Assembly (NCBI GenBank): GCA_002633005.1
Contig: NMRA01000293.1
Location: forward strand, 271,198 to 335,197
Direction: 5' to 3'
DNA from: Phoronis australis
Taxonomy: Eukaryota; Animalia; Phoronida
Length of the DNA: 64,000 nucleotides
Numbering within the stretch: position 1 is the stretch's first letter; each line of letters begins with the position of its first letter. The notes below the pieces were generated by a model. That model had not been told where the DNA came from. It worked only from the letters and a program-made list of their open reading frames with translations, and did not search any database. This document shows, one piece after another, positions 38,097 through 50,990 of this stretch. The translations under genes were made by a program, and so were the position numbers.

Positions 38097-38614
38097 CTGC
38101 GAAGAAACTGGTGACACCTGGTGGGTAGTCTCAGCTAGTAAAGTCAGGTCATCATATGATGCAGGCATGATGGTGACAATAGCATCAATGGCTGACAGAG
38201 ACTTCACAAAGCACTTCCAACGTGGCAAGCAATGGCCCAGCTTCAAGTTTGCTATGTCATATCTTAATCTGCTTGCATTTAGACTGTTCATTGAGGATGA
38301 TAAATCTTCCGCCTGAGGTAGAACTGACGGAGAGTTAGACTGGGTCCAGTTGACAGGTTGTGATGCACTTGCAGAAGGTGAGTTGGCACTTGTGTCAACA
38401 CTCATCTGCCGTAGTGTCTCCTCACTCGTCTGACGTGACGCTGTCGACTGCTCACAATAGCCACCTTGATGTCGGCTGTTGATCATTTCCATGAAGGACA
38501 TCGTCTCTTTTGTGGACAAAGTCAACTCTCGATTGTGAACACTGTGCAAGCTTTCTGACAACAAGTCGAACAAGATTTTGTTGGATGACTTGACGTCGCT
38601 GGGACCTTCTTGCT
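38097..38614 (-). CDS. SZT2: SZT2 exon (NKILFDLL...HNREL...PRWKCFVK...IMPASYDDL)
   Basis: Within ORF 38076-38654; PxWxC motif; phase 1->0. Confidence 0.88.
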
Positions 38615-38980
38615 CTAAAATCAGTGTTGAACATATAGGAAGTGCATGAGGCAAGTCTCAAGTCTGATAAAACACAGAATGCACCCAACTAAATGTTATA
38701 CAACTTAATAATATGCAGAGGACAGGCTAAGCAGCACGGGTTAGTAGTTCTTGTTGGTAACGCCCAGTTTTGTGCCACTGTTTAGAAGTGGTGTGCAAGT
38801 GGTTTCGGTATGACAAAAACTGAGCACGACACTTTTGGACATTTTTGTATATTTTTCTAAGCGAAAATATCTGAACTTCTCCATAATGAAAACCAGTTGC
38901 CTAGACCCTAAAACTACAACTCTTATAGATTTTTTGAAACAAATCTGTCCATTTTTTAGAAATGTCACCAAATCAGATAC

Positions 38981-39138
38981 CTTGTATGAAAGATGAGAAC
39001 AGCAGCTGCACCTGCTGGGACTTTGGTAACAGCTTCATGAGATCAAAGGAGTAGGGAATATACTGGACACTAGAGGGAGTGCTATCCTGCTGTGCCTTCT
39101 TCCTAGCAGCTATCATTTCATACAGAGTTGGTGTATTC
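38981..39138 (-). CDS. SZT2: SZT2 exon (FDLMKLLPKSQQVQLLF)
   Basis: FDLxxLLP..QQ motif; phase 2->1. Confidence 0.9.
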
Positions 39139-39504
39139 CTGCAGTGATAAAGTTTACAAACATGATGTAACCACACGATAAGCAACCATGACTTAGCACA
39201 CCTGAGAGATAACTCTGATTGACCTCTAGCAGAATGGTCCAAGCATCAGTTTTTCTCACCGGATTCTGCAATCAACGTTTGTTTCAATGTTTGTATGTCT
39301 TGTCATTTTTTATGTGTCCTGAGGAACTATTATAGAGCATGACCCCAGCAACTAGCAGAGTCTACATTCAAGTTCAGTGACCAGTCAATTCAGTCTAACG
39401 TCTCTCAGCAAACCATCTGATGTAAGATTTTAATGGGAAGACAAAACCGTCATTTCTCTAAACATGGGACATGATGTACAAAGGGAGTTCAGGTCTGTAC
39501 CTAC

Positions 39505-39644
39505 CTTGGAGTTACTGGCTGAGGAACGAGCGAGGGAGGCTCGTTGAGTTGCGGGGAGGGTACAATCAGTTCCTCCTGGCACATGAGGCTGAGGTGTTCA
39601 AAGACTAACATGGTGCCGATACAATCGCTGTCTCTGGGCAAGAA
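39505..39644 (-). CDS. SZT2: SZT2 exon, most 5' found (FLPRDSDCIGTMLVFEHLSLMCQ)
   Basis: Resembles SZT2 LFPRDAACIGSMLSFEYL; phase 0->2. Confidence 0.9.
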
Positions 39645-41277
39645 CTGCAACCAGAAATAGACCGGGTGCCCATGTTATCGAAGGTTAAATGTACAATCCA
39701 AGTTAAGACGATCATAAGCAGGTTATTCTGAATGGGACGTTGCATTTGTTTTAGGAGAGCAAAAGCGCAGCAACTAAATGTATCTATAACTTTTGACGTT
39801 CCGACTTTAAGTGACCACCTTCACAAACCACGTTTGAATTGGTGTGGGCAAATTAAAATTAGGAAATCACAAGTTAACACCAACTTAGCTAAAACCGAAT
39901 TTACAACGTTTGGTAAAACGAAACTTATGTTTTCAATGGACAAAATCTTGATACAGAACAGTCATCATATTCTGTGTCTGCTCCAGTTAACATTAATGCA
40001 GCACATTTTAGAACAAGACAACATAAATCAAAAAAGTTGTGAGGTGTAGACTGTGACAGGGACAGGTCTAGCACTCTGAACCTAAATGATACACAGAACT
40101 TTTTAAGGTGCCTTGGTGATCACTTTTGATTTTATTGAGCTGTTCTGGAAATAATTAGCTAAGCTATCAATATTGTATTTTTACTTCTGTCCACATTATT
40201 TTAAGAACTGAAATGATGCAGACTTTTATTTTTAGTTTGCCTTGGCAAAAAGACATCTAGTTATAAAACATTTTATAATCACTGGTTTTATGGAGTTGTT
40301 TTGGTAAGAACTAACTACGCTATATTTTTACCACCTGCATAAGCTTATTTAAATGTGAATTATTTATAAAAGAGTTTCAAGCTTTGCACTGTTATGTTTC
40401 TATAATTTCTGGACTACGGTTACTGAGTTTTTTCATATTAAAATTCCATAACAATCTTGTCCCAAGTGTTAAGCGAAAGCTGAATTAAACCAAACCCTGG
40501 TTTAGTTGACATATCAGAGTAAACAGCTGATTACAAGGACCATCTGATGCTCCTTTGGATTATACAGTGTTATGTATTGTTATCACTGTCAGAAGTTATG
40601 GATTCAACAGCATCTGATTGGTCAGTACATAACGACCTCTGTCAAGGTGTGTGGTTGGCTTGAATGAAAGATGTTAGTACATGGCTAGCCAGTCAACCTC
40701 ACCTCACAAAGAAATGTCCTAGTTTGCTTTAGCCAATCAGAAGATGGAAGAACTAGTATTTATGTAATAACATAAATATGTCTTATACATAAGCCATCAA
40801 ACATAGACAGCTGACAGCCATGAAAAACAGGAGATAAGGTAATGATGATCTCAGAATTTGGAATAGAAAGTTCCATATGGTTTTACAGAATTTTTAATCT
40901 AATTCAATCTATAAAAATGTCAGTGGAAAAAATTCGACGAAAGCCTGGCTTTTTGAGTTCTGCCCATCACAGTGTTTACAAGTTTGAAATGCTAACCAAC
41001 CAGATGTAAGTAATGGTCAATATTTATGTAAGCTGAACGTGTTGTCCAAAATGAAAGTCATATTAATTTTTCTTTACTTCATTTTTACATCGCTGTCAAT
41101 GATGAGAGACATGCTCTTTAATTTTGAAAACTACTGAAAAATCTTTATTCATAAAACACTCCCATCAGTTAAAAAGTATCAAATTACAGTCAAGCCTGAT
41201 TGTTAGTCAATAAGTGGTACTGTTTCCAGTCCCATGCAAGGCTTACTATGTCAAGCCGCAAACATCAACCTCAAATA

Positions 41278-42750
41278 CCGTATTCGCTCTAATAACCACC
41301 CAGGGCACTTAGAAAATTTTGTTTCAGGGGGGGCGATTATTGTAACCCAAGGTGGTTGTAACTTGTTCTCCGAAACAAATGAAATCGGAAGTTAAAATTC
41401 ATCATGTTTACGCTCTGTGACGTATCTGTAATCTACGAAAGACTTTCTACAAAATCATGGTGCATTGCCATCAAACTTTGCTGATAAATTACGATCATTT
41501 TACAGAAAATTGTACTGAAATCCCAGGGCCAAAACTCACCGACCGACTGCCACATAATCGTCAATATGGCGACTTGAATGCTTGAATAAAAATAGTTTCG
41601 ACTCGACAAATTACCTAAAATCCTCCTGAAGTTTTCCAATGGTGTCCCTAAGATTTTTAAGCTCCCGTTGAGTCGTAATTAGCAGCAGGTACAAATCTGT
41701 GCTACATCGTGCCATTTATGATCGGCAACACAAGAAAAATCTCTGGACAAACAGACATGCTGCTATCATGTGACGTTTGTTTTGAACTTCGTGTGCGTTT
41801 GTGAATAAGCGAGCACGTGCATGTCACCAGAGTTCATTTGCCAGAGCAGAGACTGTCTTTGGACAGAATAAACACAATCTAACGAGCTACATGTGCTTTG
41901 TATCTAAAGAAATTAGCACAAGCAGTAGGCGTAAAGCAGAACGAGTTTCATTTAGCACTTGCCGGTCTTGTGCTAAAAACGTTCAACATTTGTCTCGGTG
42001 AGGCCCATCTTATTAGTTGCCGTGTGGCTGGATGCGTATGTAACTACCTGACAGGGTGTGTAAGCATTCACTGTCAGTGGTCATTTTGTCAGATATTTGG
42101 CTTAAAAACACCAATTATGATTAATCAAACAATCCCCCTTAAAATAACGCAAACATTTTTAAAGTATTAGAACCTGTCAGAAATTAGTGATAATATTCAT
42201 TTCTTGCCGATGCTATGCTTCCCGTTTCATGAATGGATAGTTCCCGGCTAATGTCTTTGATGATAGGTACATGTATGTAGTGCGCGTTTCCTGGCCACGT
42301 GCTTTTAACACTGCCCAAGTTTTTTATTAGTCTTCGATTTGCGGTTTTCACGTATACAAAGAAATTTGAATTTCTGTTGAAAGCAGGAAATATCTACAAT
42401 ACAATCCCGTTAGCAAGTATACTACGTATGTTCTTAAAGGCAAGACCATAGTGAGACACATTCCTTGCAAGATCAGCAAAACTTTTGTGTTCGTTTTGGG
42501 GCTCGGCGGCCGGAAGTTGGAAGTGTATAGTCACGGCTAAATACCGACATAGCGGCGAGGCTCGTGGTCAACAAATTCCGCACACAATGAATTTTTTCAG
42601 GACTGTCAGATATTATTGAAGACATTACTGGAGAATTTTAGGACTGTAGGTAAGGCATTTTTCGCATGTACACATTCAAGGACTGGGTGCTTATTTTAGC
42701 AAGTCTGAAAACGTGTGGGGGAGCACGGGCAGTTATTAGGGCGAATACGG
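41278..42750. mobile_element. Non-autonomous Tc1/mariner-superfamily (pogo/Tc2-like) DNA transposon
   Basis: TA|CCGTATTCGCTCTAATAAC ... GTTATTAGGGCGAATACGG|TA: TIRs plus TA target duplication; no transposase ORF. Confidence 0.88.
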
Positions 42751-42801
42751 TAAATCAAGCTAGCCACGGTAATCTTTTTTTTGAAGTAGCCATGGAGCTA
42801 A

Positions 42802-44127
42802 AGGCGAAGGCAACCTTTTTTCATGTCATTTTTAACAAAAATAAGGTTCGTTGATTATCCCAGACATATTTTTCACTTATTTACTGCTTTTCGTAATTTT
42901 ATTAAATATTCGTAGTCTACTCCGGAAGTGAAGTTTTGGGAGGCAAGAATTCTGCGCCAATTTCTTTTCATATAGTCTGACTGTGAGAGCTCTTGAGTCA
43001 GTCATTGTTCTACCTCGGTTGTGATAAGTTCGGTCGTCGTTTGCTTTTGCTTACGAGTCAGTTAACATGCCATGCTGTTGCAGCGTACTGGGGCGTACTC
43101 ATTATCGTCTCACATACAGAGGAAGAACTGTCCCACTTGCCGAGTGTCCCACGACACACTCCCACTGGAGGGTGATCTGAGCACCCAAACTGCTTACATC
43201 CCGCCGTGTGACTCCCTCACCACACACCTGGCACCTTCCAAATAGCTCCAACACAAGTTCACAATAAACTTATCAAACTTAGGCTAACCGATCTGTTCAT
43301 TGGATGACGAACTGTTCTCTTCACTGGGTGTATGGGCCTGTATTCACCCCCACTACTCAACATCGCTGCAGGGCTGCTTACAGGCTCTGGACTAGAGACA
43401 ACAGCACAGGGCGAATCACTGCTAGTTCCCGGAATTGCACGCAATGGGGTACGTTTGGAGGCACGGGTGACAGTAGATGAAGTGCCTCCAGTCACTGTAT
43501 ATAGTGGCCACAGCTCGCGAGGCTTCTCGCTTCAAAAACTCACTTCTCGGGGTTGGCGACGGGGCACTGCCGGGAATCAACAACGACGGTATGGTACCCT
43601 TCTTCAGGCGTTGTTTCACAGGGACCGCCATCAATTCAGCGTACATATCTGTCATAATCTGATGGCAGAAAATGCTTGCCACACACTCGGTAACCCTCCA
43701 CTGCTTTGTACGTTGCGTGGACGGGTAGCGCTGCGTTCTTCACATGAACGAGCTAGCCAAGGACGGCAAAGTGTGTCATCCTTTGGAAAGCGACGCAAGG
43801 TACCCAAAGCGCGTGTGAGACGATACTGAGTACATCCCAGCACGCAGCAACAGCGTGGCATGTTGACTAACTTGTAAACAAAAGCAAACGACGACCGAAC
43901 TTATCACAACTGAAGTAGAGCAATGACTGACTTGACAGCTCTCACAGTCAGACTATAGCGAAAAGAAATTGGCGCGAAACTCTTGCCTCCCAAAACGTTA
44001 CTTCCGGAGTAGAGGACGAGAAATTAATCAAATTACGAAAAGCTGTAATTAAGTGAAAAATGTGTCTGGGATAATCAACGAACCTTATTTTTATTAAAAG
44101 TGACATGAAAAAAGGTTGCCTTTGCCT
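42802..44127. mobile_element. Kolobok-like DNA transposon derivative with ~313-bp TIRs
   Basis: 42802-43114 is inversely repeated at 43814-44127; AG...CT termini flanked by CTAA / TTAA (TTAA-type TSD); carries a THAP relic. Confidence 0.85.
43422..43862 (-). pseudogene. THAP zinc-finger domain pseudogene (two frameshifts)
   Basis: MPRCCCVLGC...RRFPKDDTLCRPWL / VHVKN...GYRVCGKHFLPSDY / DMYAELMAVPVKQRLKKGTIPSL gives the C2CH signature, conserved P/W/F and an AVPTIF-like box across three frames. Confidence 0.85.
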
Positions 44128-45399
44128 TTAATACGTGTATTTAGGAATCGTGACACGCCTTATTAAAGAACCAAAACAAAATATTCCACTAAAGACAATA
44201 ACCAAAACAAATTTGGTTTAGAAACTTAGATGGCATTACATGGGGATTTAAATACAAAATAATTCCTTCATCTAGCTTAATTTGTTTATGATCCACAAAA
44301 ACTATGTTATGTCTGAACAGTTCTTAATTTAATGCCAACTTTTAAAACTAGACCAAGGAAGAAGCGTCAGGCTATACAGATGGAGAAAACAACTTTTAAG
44401 GCATTAGACAAAATAAGATTCCTTATAGGGCCATCTTGTGTTACCATGAGACTTCTATAACTTCAGGCAGAATCAGCATCACTTACATCTGCTAAGACTC
44501 CATATACTAGATACACAAAGTTCTCAAATCAAGCACTATGACTTAAATATGACTACTCATATATTGTCCAAAATCAAAAAAAAATATATTTAGAAAATCT
44601 GGATTTCAAGTGACTTAAGGACAATTCACACTTATCGCTATTTTCACAAGCACATAAACCATATACTTTTGCGACAAACAATTCCCTGACAATAAAAAGC
44701 GGAAAACAACATACTTTCCCAACCCACCTCAGAGAAGTTAGGGTAGAGCAAGGGGAAAACAATTAAGGACAGCCTTAACTCAACCACAAGTGATGGTCAC
44801 TGGCAAAATCACATATTTCTGCACAACGCATGTAGGCTTCAAATGAGAACACTTGTGGTATCTTGACAAATAGATAGTATAGAGATTTGTAAATGCTTTT
44901 TTAACAAATCAAAAAATAAATCACATCTTGGGTTGTTTCATGAAAAAGACTATGATTTTTTATTTAGATGACTTTTTATTTTACCGATTGATTGAACTTG
45001 CAAACGCACTTGAGACTGTATCCTGAAGTGTTTTGTTCTCCAAATCAAGAATGCTGAGTCTTTCTGATGAGTTCTGTGCCGGTGTCATTGCCAACACAAA
45101 CATAACAATGTGTACACGCGATGTGTTGGTACTTGTATTTTTAGTGAACTGATCCTGGCTCTTTAGACATTACTGATACAGGTCACAACTGGAATCACTC
45201 AACATTTTCAACTGGCTTCATTTTTAGAAAAAGCAGGAAGAAATTGGTGCGTAGTCTTGCGATACGGGTCGTACATCCTGTTGGCTGTAGATGGATAATG
45301 GCAATATTTCTGCTATTGGCTGTTTCATCAAAAAATAAAACTGCGCCTAGGACAGAAAATTTGGGAAGTATTGTCTCCTAGATAGAACTTATCTGTCAA

Positions 45400-45642
45400 A
45401 TTTTCTAAAAATTGAAGAAGTGACTTGGTAGAAAATAAAATACAAATACAAAAACAAAAATTGCCACAGTGGCATACAGCACTTGTCAGGTATGTTCAAG
45501 GTATCACATCATCTTCATACTTTGGGATAAATCTGCCAAATTTCATGAAAGTCCTGCAAGTGGATAAGGAGATACAGCAGTGGACAACGGCGGTCGGACG
45601 AGATGACGACAATATGCACCCACACACTTGTAGACATAAAAG
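45400..45642 (+). mobile_element. HINE-family 3' fragment
   Basis: aaattgccac...gccaaatttcatgaa...ggagatacagcagtggac...ggtcggacg...atgcacccaca...cataaaa matches the end of 25082-26587. Confidence 0.6.
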
Positions 45643-46326
45643 TAAGAAAAATCCATCTGCAGTTTGAAAGCCTCCACCAGATGGGGCTCTATAGCTGTAC
45701 TGGTAAGCAACACTTCAAAGATGGACAATTAATGAAGATAAATGATGAATTCACTAGACAGGATCAAGCAACACATATGTATGAAATGCTCATTTATATT
45801 GTCACTAACAGTGACCAATTTCTCCTTTACGTATTTTACAGTATTTTTGTCCATGTGAAGAGCATTATGGATTCACCTTAGTCTCACAGTACTTTTTTTC
45901 AGGACCGAAATTGAATTTCAAAGATGTCTTTACATAAACAAAATAGTGTCAGTTAGCTCTTCTACTTGAATCATTCTCACATCTTCAAAAGATTGTTAAT
46001 GCTACATACAAATCAATTTATCCAGTGAATGACAAGACATAATTTCCCAAATTTCGAGAACAATTGAGATTAATATCAAGTGTATGACAATGACTGGTAG
46101 CTGTGCACTAAAAGAGCTCCAAACATTTTACTTGATAGAACAGAAACTGACTCTTGTAAGTGACCCGGCTTAGAATCTGTGCTCACAGAACCTCTCAAAG
46201 AGCCACTATAAATCTGCCCACCGTCACAAAAACTTTTGCTTCAGACAACTTCCTATTCTGAAATTAGTTTTAAATTATACCTTAATTAAAGAAGAAGTGG
46301 TTCCAGGATTTCAATATAGAACTGGC

Positions 46327-46587
46327 GTTTTGTTACTGCCTCAAACCAGTGGACTTGCCATGGAAGATCATTTTGTTACAGCCTCAAACCAGTGGACTTG
46401 TCATTGCAGATCATTTTGTTACTGCCTCAAATCAGTGGACTTGCCATGGAAGATCATTTTGTTACAGCCTCAAACCAGTGGACTTGTCATTGCAGATCAT
46501 TTTGTTACTGCCTCAGACCAGTGGACTTGTCATTGCAGATCATTTTGTTACTGCCTCAGACCAGTGGACTTGTCATGGCAGATCACT
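46327..46587. repeat. Minisatellite, 43-bp unit x6
   Basis: ttttgttactgcctcaaaccagtggacttgtcattgcagatca repeated; explains the repetitive ORFs 46297-46691. Confidence 0.95.
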
Positions 46588-47651
46588 TTATAAGCAGAGT
46601 CTTGAGGAATAACATATTGTCAGGTAGGTCTTTCCAAACCCAGAAATCAATTCTCACCCAAGTAAGGAAACAGTTGAGGACAATTTTATAGCCGTAAGTG
46701 GCGTCGATCAAAAGTTGGCTTCTTAGACAGAGCGCAGGTTTAAAGCCGTTTTAAATTCCAATCAGCCACCTAGTAAAAATTTTGGTAGATGTTTTAATAA
46801 AAAATCAAGAATAAGCTGATGTACATAGTATGGTTTTTGATTTTTAACATTGATGTGAATAAATAAGCTAAAAACTACAAACATTGGTTACATAATGAAG
46901 ATAAATAACCGTGCGCATTGATATACTCAGAGGATTTACAAATGCTAATCACAATTAACAATACCCTGAACTACATTAGTACAATTAGAAACAACACAAG
47001 AAACCGAATTAGATGTCAATAGTGTTTTGACAGCACTTATTGCCCAGTCATGTCAAAGTACTTTATTCGAGGAATAGCACATTAACTGGAAAACTGTGGT
47101 ATTTGGTAATCAGCTGGCGATGAAACACACGTTAAGTAGATTAACTATGACTAGTTCCACAGTCAAAGAGAAAATCCAAGCAATAGATGAAGTGGGTCGG
47201 TGGGCGAGAGCTAACTTCTAAGTTTCACTGACAATCAAAATCTGCCACTGGTTTGGCACATTAAGCTTAAAAATAAAATTTAAAGATAGCAACCCGGAAG
47301 TAAACAAAACAAATTAGACTGGAGTATTCAAAAAATGATGAAAACAGTTTTGAAACATATTCAAAACCAACTATCGTTTGGGAAATGGCCCTTTGTCAAG
47401 ATGAATTCAAGTTTCTGTTTTTACTTTATTTATCTAAAACGTCATCAAATCCATACCTTTGACGTCTCAGGCTGTAACTGTGCAAATGTCACAGAAAACA
47501 AATTTTGGTTGAAAAACAACCACCACTATTGAGAAAGTAGTGTTAGGGATTACCTTTCCTTTTCATTAGCTGAATAGGCCACAAAAATTGTCTGAGGACA
47601 AAGGGAATCTCAGTGGTTATCAGTGTAAGCCAGATATTCTCTACATGGATG

Positions 47652-50600
47652 GCAATTTTGCCCTCTTTCCAGTGATTCTTGAACTTTGCACGGTTAATAT
47701 TGCCTATTTCTAGAATTTAGGACAAGCTCCGACTATGAGCAAAATAATTAATTTTCCACTGTACCAAATTGGAGAATTTTTACCATACTATGTCTTTGAA
47801 ACGATTTCAGTACATTATCAACTAATACAGATAAAAATGGTTGTCTTTTTTCAAGGTTTTCTTACATCATTGTGACTGCCCATTTTTTCTGTGATGATGG
47901 CCACGATACCTAACTTGAACATGGCAAAGCATTTATTTGGTGTAATGAATCATAATCAAAAATTAAAGAGAAAACAAGAGTAACACGAAGTGTTGAAATG
48001 CGCCCACGAATGCACCATGTTTATTTATATAAAAAAATGGCCACTAGATGGCACAAAATATGTCAAATCCATCTGCAAACGTTTCTTTGATAGAAAGCAA
48101 ATTTTGTAAAAATCCGTGAAGGAACTTCAGGGAAACAGAGGAAAACGTAAAATGATGAAATTGCCACCGAGGGGCACAGCGTTCCACGAATCCATCTGAA
48201 AGTTGTCATCCATTGTCAAATACACATATTATGCAGTTGCTTTAGGAAAAGCACCTATGGGTGCAAAAAAACTGCCACTAGGAGGCGCCACAGAAGTCAA
48301 AATTGGAATATCACCGTCAATTACAATCATCCTCAGAGTCAGGTTCGGTTGATAGAGGGACGGACGCCAAAAACAAGCCATTAGATGGAATAAAATATGT
48401 ATAATCTACACAAATATAGGAACATGTCATCGTGTCATTAATAGAAAGCTATATACCAAATTTAATAAAAATCCATCAAAGAACTTCAGAGAAACAGAGG
48501 CAAATGTCAAAAAATTAAATTGCCACTAGGGGCACAGCGTTCCTCAGATTCCTCTGAAAGTCACAGTGGTCCGTTGCCAACTTCATATAAATACATTTGC
48601 TAAATTTAATACAGATCCTGTAGTGGGTTTAGGAAATACATTCATGAGCCCAAAAAAACAAAACTGTGACCAGCCAGTGCCAAAGTAGTCAAAGTCATCA
48701 GAAAATTATCGTCAATTGTCCTCTTCTTCACACATGCCAATTTTCATCCTTAAAGTGGTCTGCTTTAAAGAGGGGCGGACGCCAAAAAACATTCAAAAAC
48801 ACTCAAAATGGCCACTAGGTGGCCCCAAAAAACCCCGAATCCATCCAAAAACAGGAGTATGGCATCATCTCATTAATACATGCTTATGTGCAAAATTTCA
48901 GGAAAATCNCATTTATTTGGTGTAATAAATCATAATCAAAAATTAAAGAGAAAACAAGAGTAACACGAAGTGTTGAAATGCGCCCAGGAATGCACCATGT
49001 TTATTTATATCAAAAAATGGCCACTAGATGGCACAAAATATGTCAAATCCATCTGCAAACGTTTCTTTAATAAAAAGCAAATTTTGTAGAAATCCGTGAA
49101 GGAACTTCAGGGAAACGGAGGAAAACGTAAAATGATGAAATTGCCACCGAGGGGCACAGCGTTCCACGAATCCATCTGAAAGTTGTCATCCATTGTCAAA
49201 TACACATATTATGCAGTTGGTTTAGGAAAAGCACCTATGGGTGCAAAAAAACTGCCACTAGGAGGCGCCACAGAAGTCAAAATTGGAATATCACATTCAA
49301 TTACAATCATCCTCAGAGTCAGGTTCGGTTGATAGAGGGACATACGCCAAAAACAAGCCATTAGATGGAATAAAATATGTATAATCTACACAAATATAGG
49401 AACATGTCATCGTGTCATTAATAGAAAGCTATATACCAAATTTAATAAAAATCCATCAAAGAACTTCAGAGAAACAGAGGCAAATGTCAAAAAATTAAAT
49501 TGCCACTAGGGGCACAGCGTTCCTCAGATTCCTCTGAAAGTCACAGTGGTCCGTTGCCAACTTCATATAAATACATTTGCTAAATTTAATACAGATCCTG
49601 TAGTGGGTTTAGGAAATACATTCATGAGCCCAAAAAAACAAAACTGTGACCAGCCAGTGCCAAAGTAGTCAAAGTCATCAGAAAATTATCGTCAATTGTC
49701 CTCTTCTTCACACATGCCAATTTTCATCCTTAAAGTGGTCTGGTTTAAAGAGGGGCGGACGCCAAAAAACATTCAAAAACACTCAAAATGGCCACTAGGT
49801 GGCCCCAAAAAACCCCGAATCCATCCAAAAACAGGAGTATGGCATCATCTCATTAATACATGCTTATGTGCAAAATTTCAGGAAAATCCGTTGAGAACCT
49901 TTGAATAACAGACATAAATGTAAAAAACTAAAATTGCCACTAGGAGCTACACCAGTAGTTGGATCCGCCTGAAAGTCATTGTCTATTGATAACTTCATAT
50001 AAATTTACTTGCTAATTTTAATAGGGATACTGCAGTGGGTTTAGGAGATAAAGCTACTGGCACAAAAAAATGCCATTAGGAGATGCCACACTAGTCAAAG
50101 TTGTCGGAAAATCGTCAACTGTCCTCTTCACACAAGGACATATATATGCCATTCGAAATCATCTTTAGAGTGGTTTGGTTGATAGAGGGTTGGACACTAA
50201 AAAACTCGATAACAGTAAAAATGGCCATTAGGTGGTGCAAAATACCTCGAATCTATCCGAAAATGGGAGGATAGCGTTGTTTTAATAACAGATACCTAAG
50301 TGCCAAATTTCATGAAAATCCCTGGAGGAACTTTGAAGATACAAATGTTAATGTACAAAACTAAAATGGCCACTAGGGGGCACATCAGTAGTCCGATCCA
50401 TCTGAACTTCAATGTCATCTGTCATCAGTGTAATGGGAACACATCTGCCAAATCTCATCAAGATCCTGTGAGGGGTTTAGGAGATACAGCTGCGGAAACC
50501 GGAAGGACACCCACGCAGAAATGACGGCAAAATGCACACACATATATGTGGGCGCATAAAATTTCCGTTGTCCACCATGTTCATATTTCTTCAAGGCCTG

Positions 50601-50990
50601 TTTGTGTTTTCAATCTGCAGAGAGAGAAATTTTGCCATCTTTCCGATGATCTTTGAATTTGGGACAGTTAATATTGCCTATTTCTAGAATTTATGACAAG
50701 CTTCGACCTCGAGCAAAATAATTAATTTTCCACAGTCCCAAATTGGAGAATTTTTACCATACTATGGGTTCGAAACGATTTCAGTACATTATCACCCATT
50801 ACAGATAAAAATGGTTCGTCTTTTTCAAGGTTTTCTTCCGTAGTTGTGACTGCCCAGAATTTTTCATTCTTTTGTATGATGGCCATGATACCAAACTTGA
50901 ACATGGTAAAGCATTTATTTGCTGTAATTCATCTTTAAACAAAAAAGAGAAAATAAAATTTCCGTTGTCCACCATATCCAGAGTTATCCA
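47652..50990 (+). repeat. Tandem two-unit ~350-400-bp repeat (host of a HINE insertion); related fragment at ~12275-12410
   Basis: aattttgcc.tcttt...taatattgcctatttctagaattt...attaattttccac.gt.ccaaattggagaatttttaccatactatg at ~47652 and ~50628. Confidence 0.75.
47973..50560 (+). mobile_element. HINE/DINE-1-like element (inflated by a 980-bp duplication at the N)
   Basis: Same 5' end (aacaagag.aac.c....gttgaaatgc.cccac) and 3' hairpin (atgcacacacata-tatgtgggcgcat) as 25082-26587. Confidence 0.75.

Larger units (their letters stand above)
82..39644 (-). other. SZT2: SZT2 gene (KICSTOR complex protein SZT2), partial; 37 coding exons in window
   Basis: Exon peptides match recalled SZT2 motifs ([90 protein letters not shown]). 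All junction phases are compatible; summed length is 7488 nt = 2496 codons. Confidence 0.95.

Noticed and set aside
43332-43829. 165-aa plus-strand ORF inside the Kolobok-like element
   Set aside because: Antisense shadow of the THAP relic; no recognisable domain.
46297-46691. Three overlapping repetitive ORFs
   Set aside because: Translation artefact of the 43-bp minisatellite.
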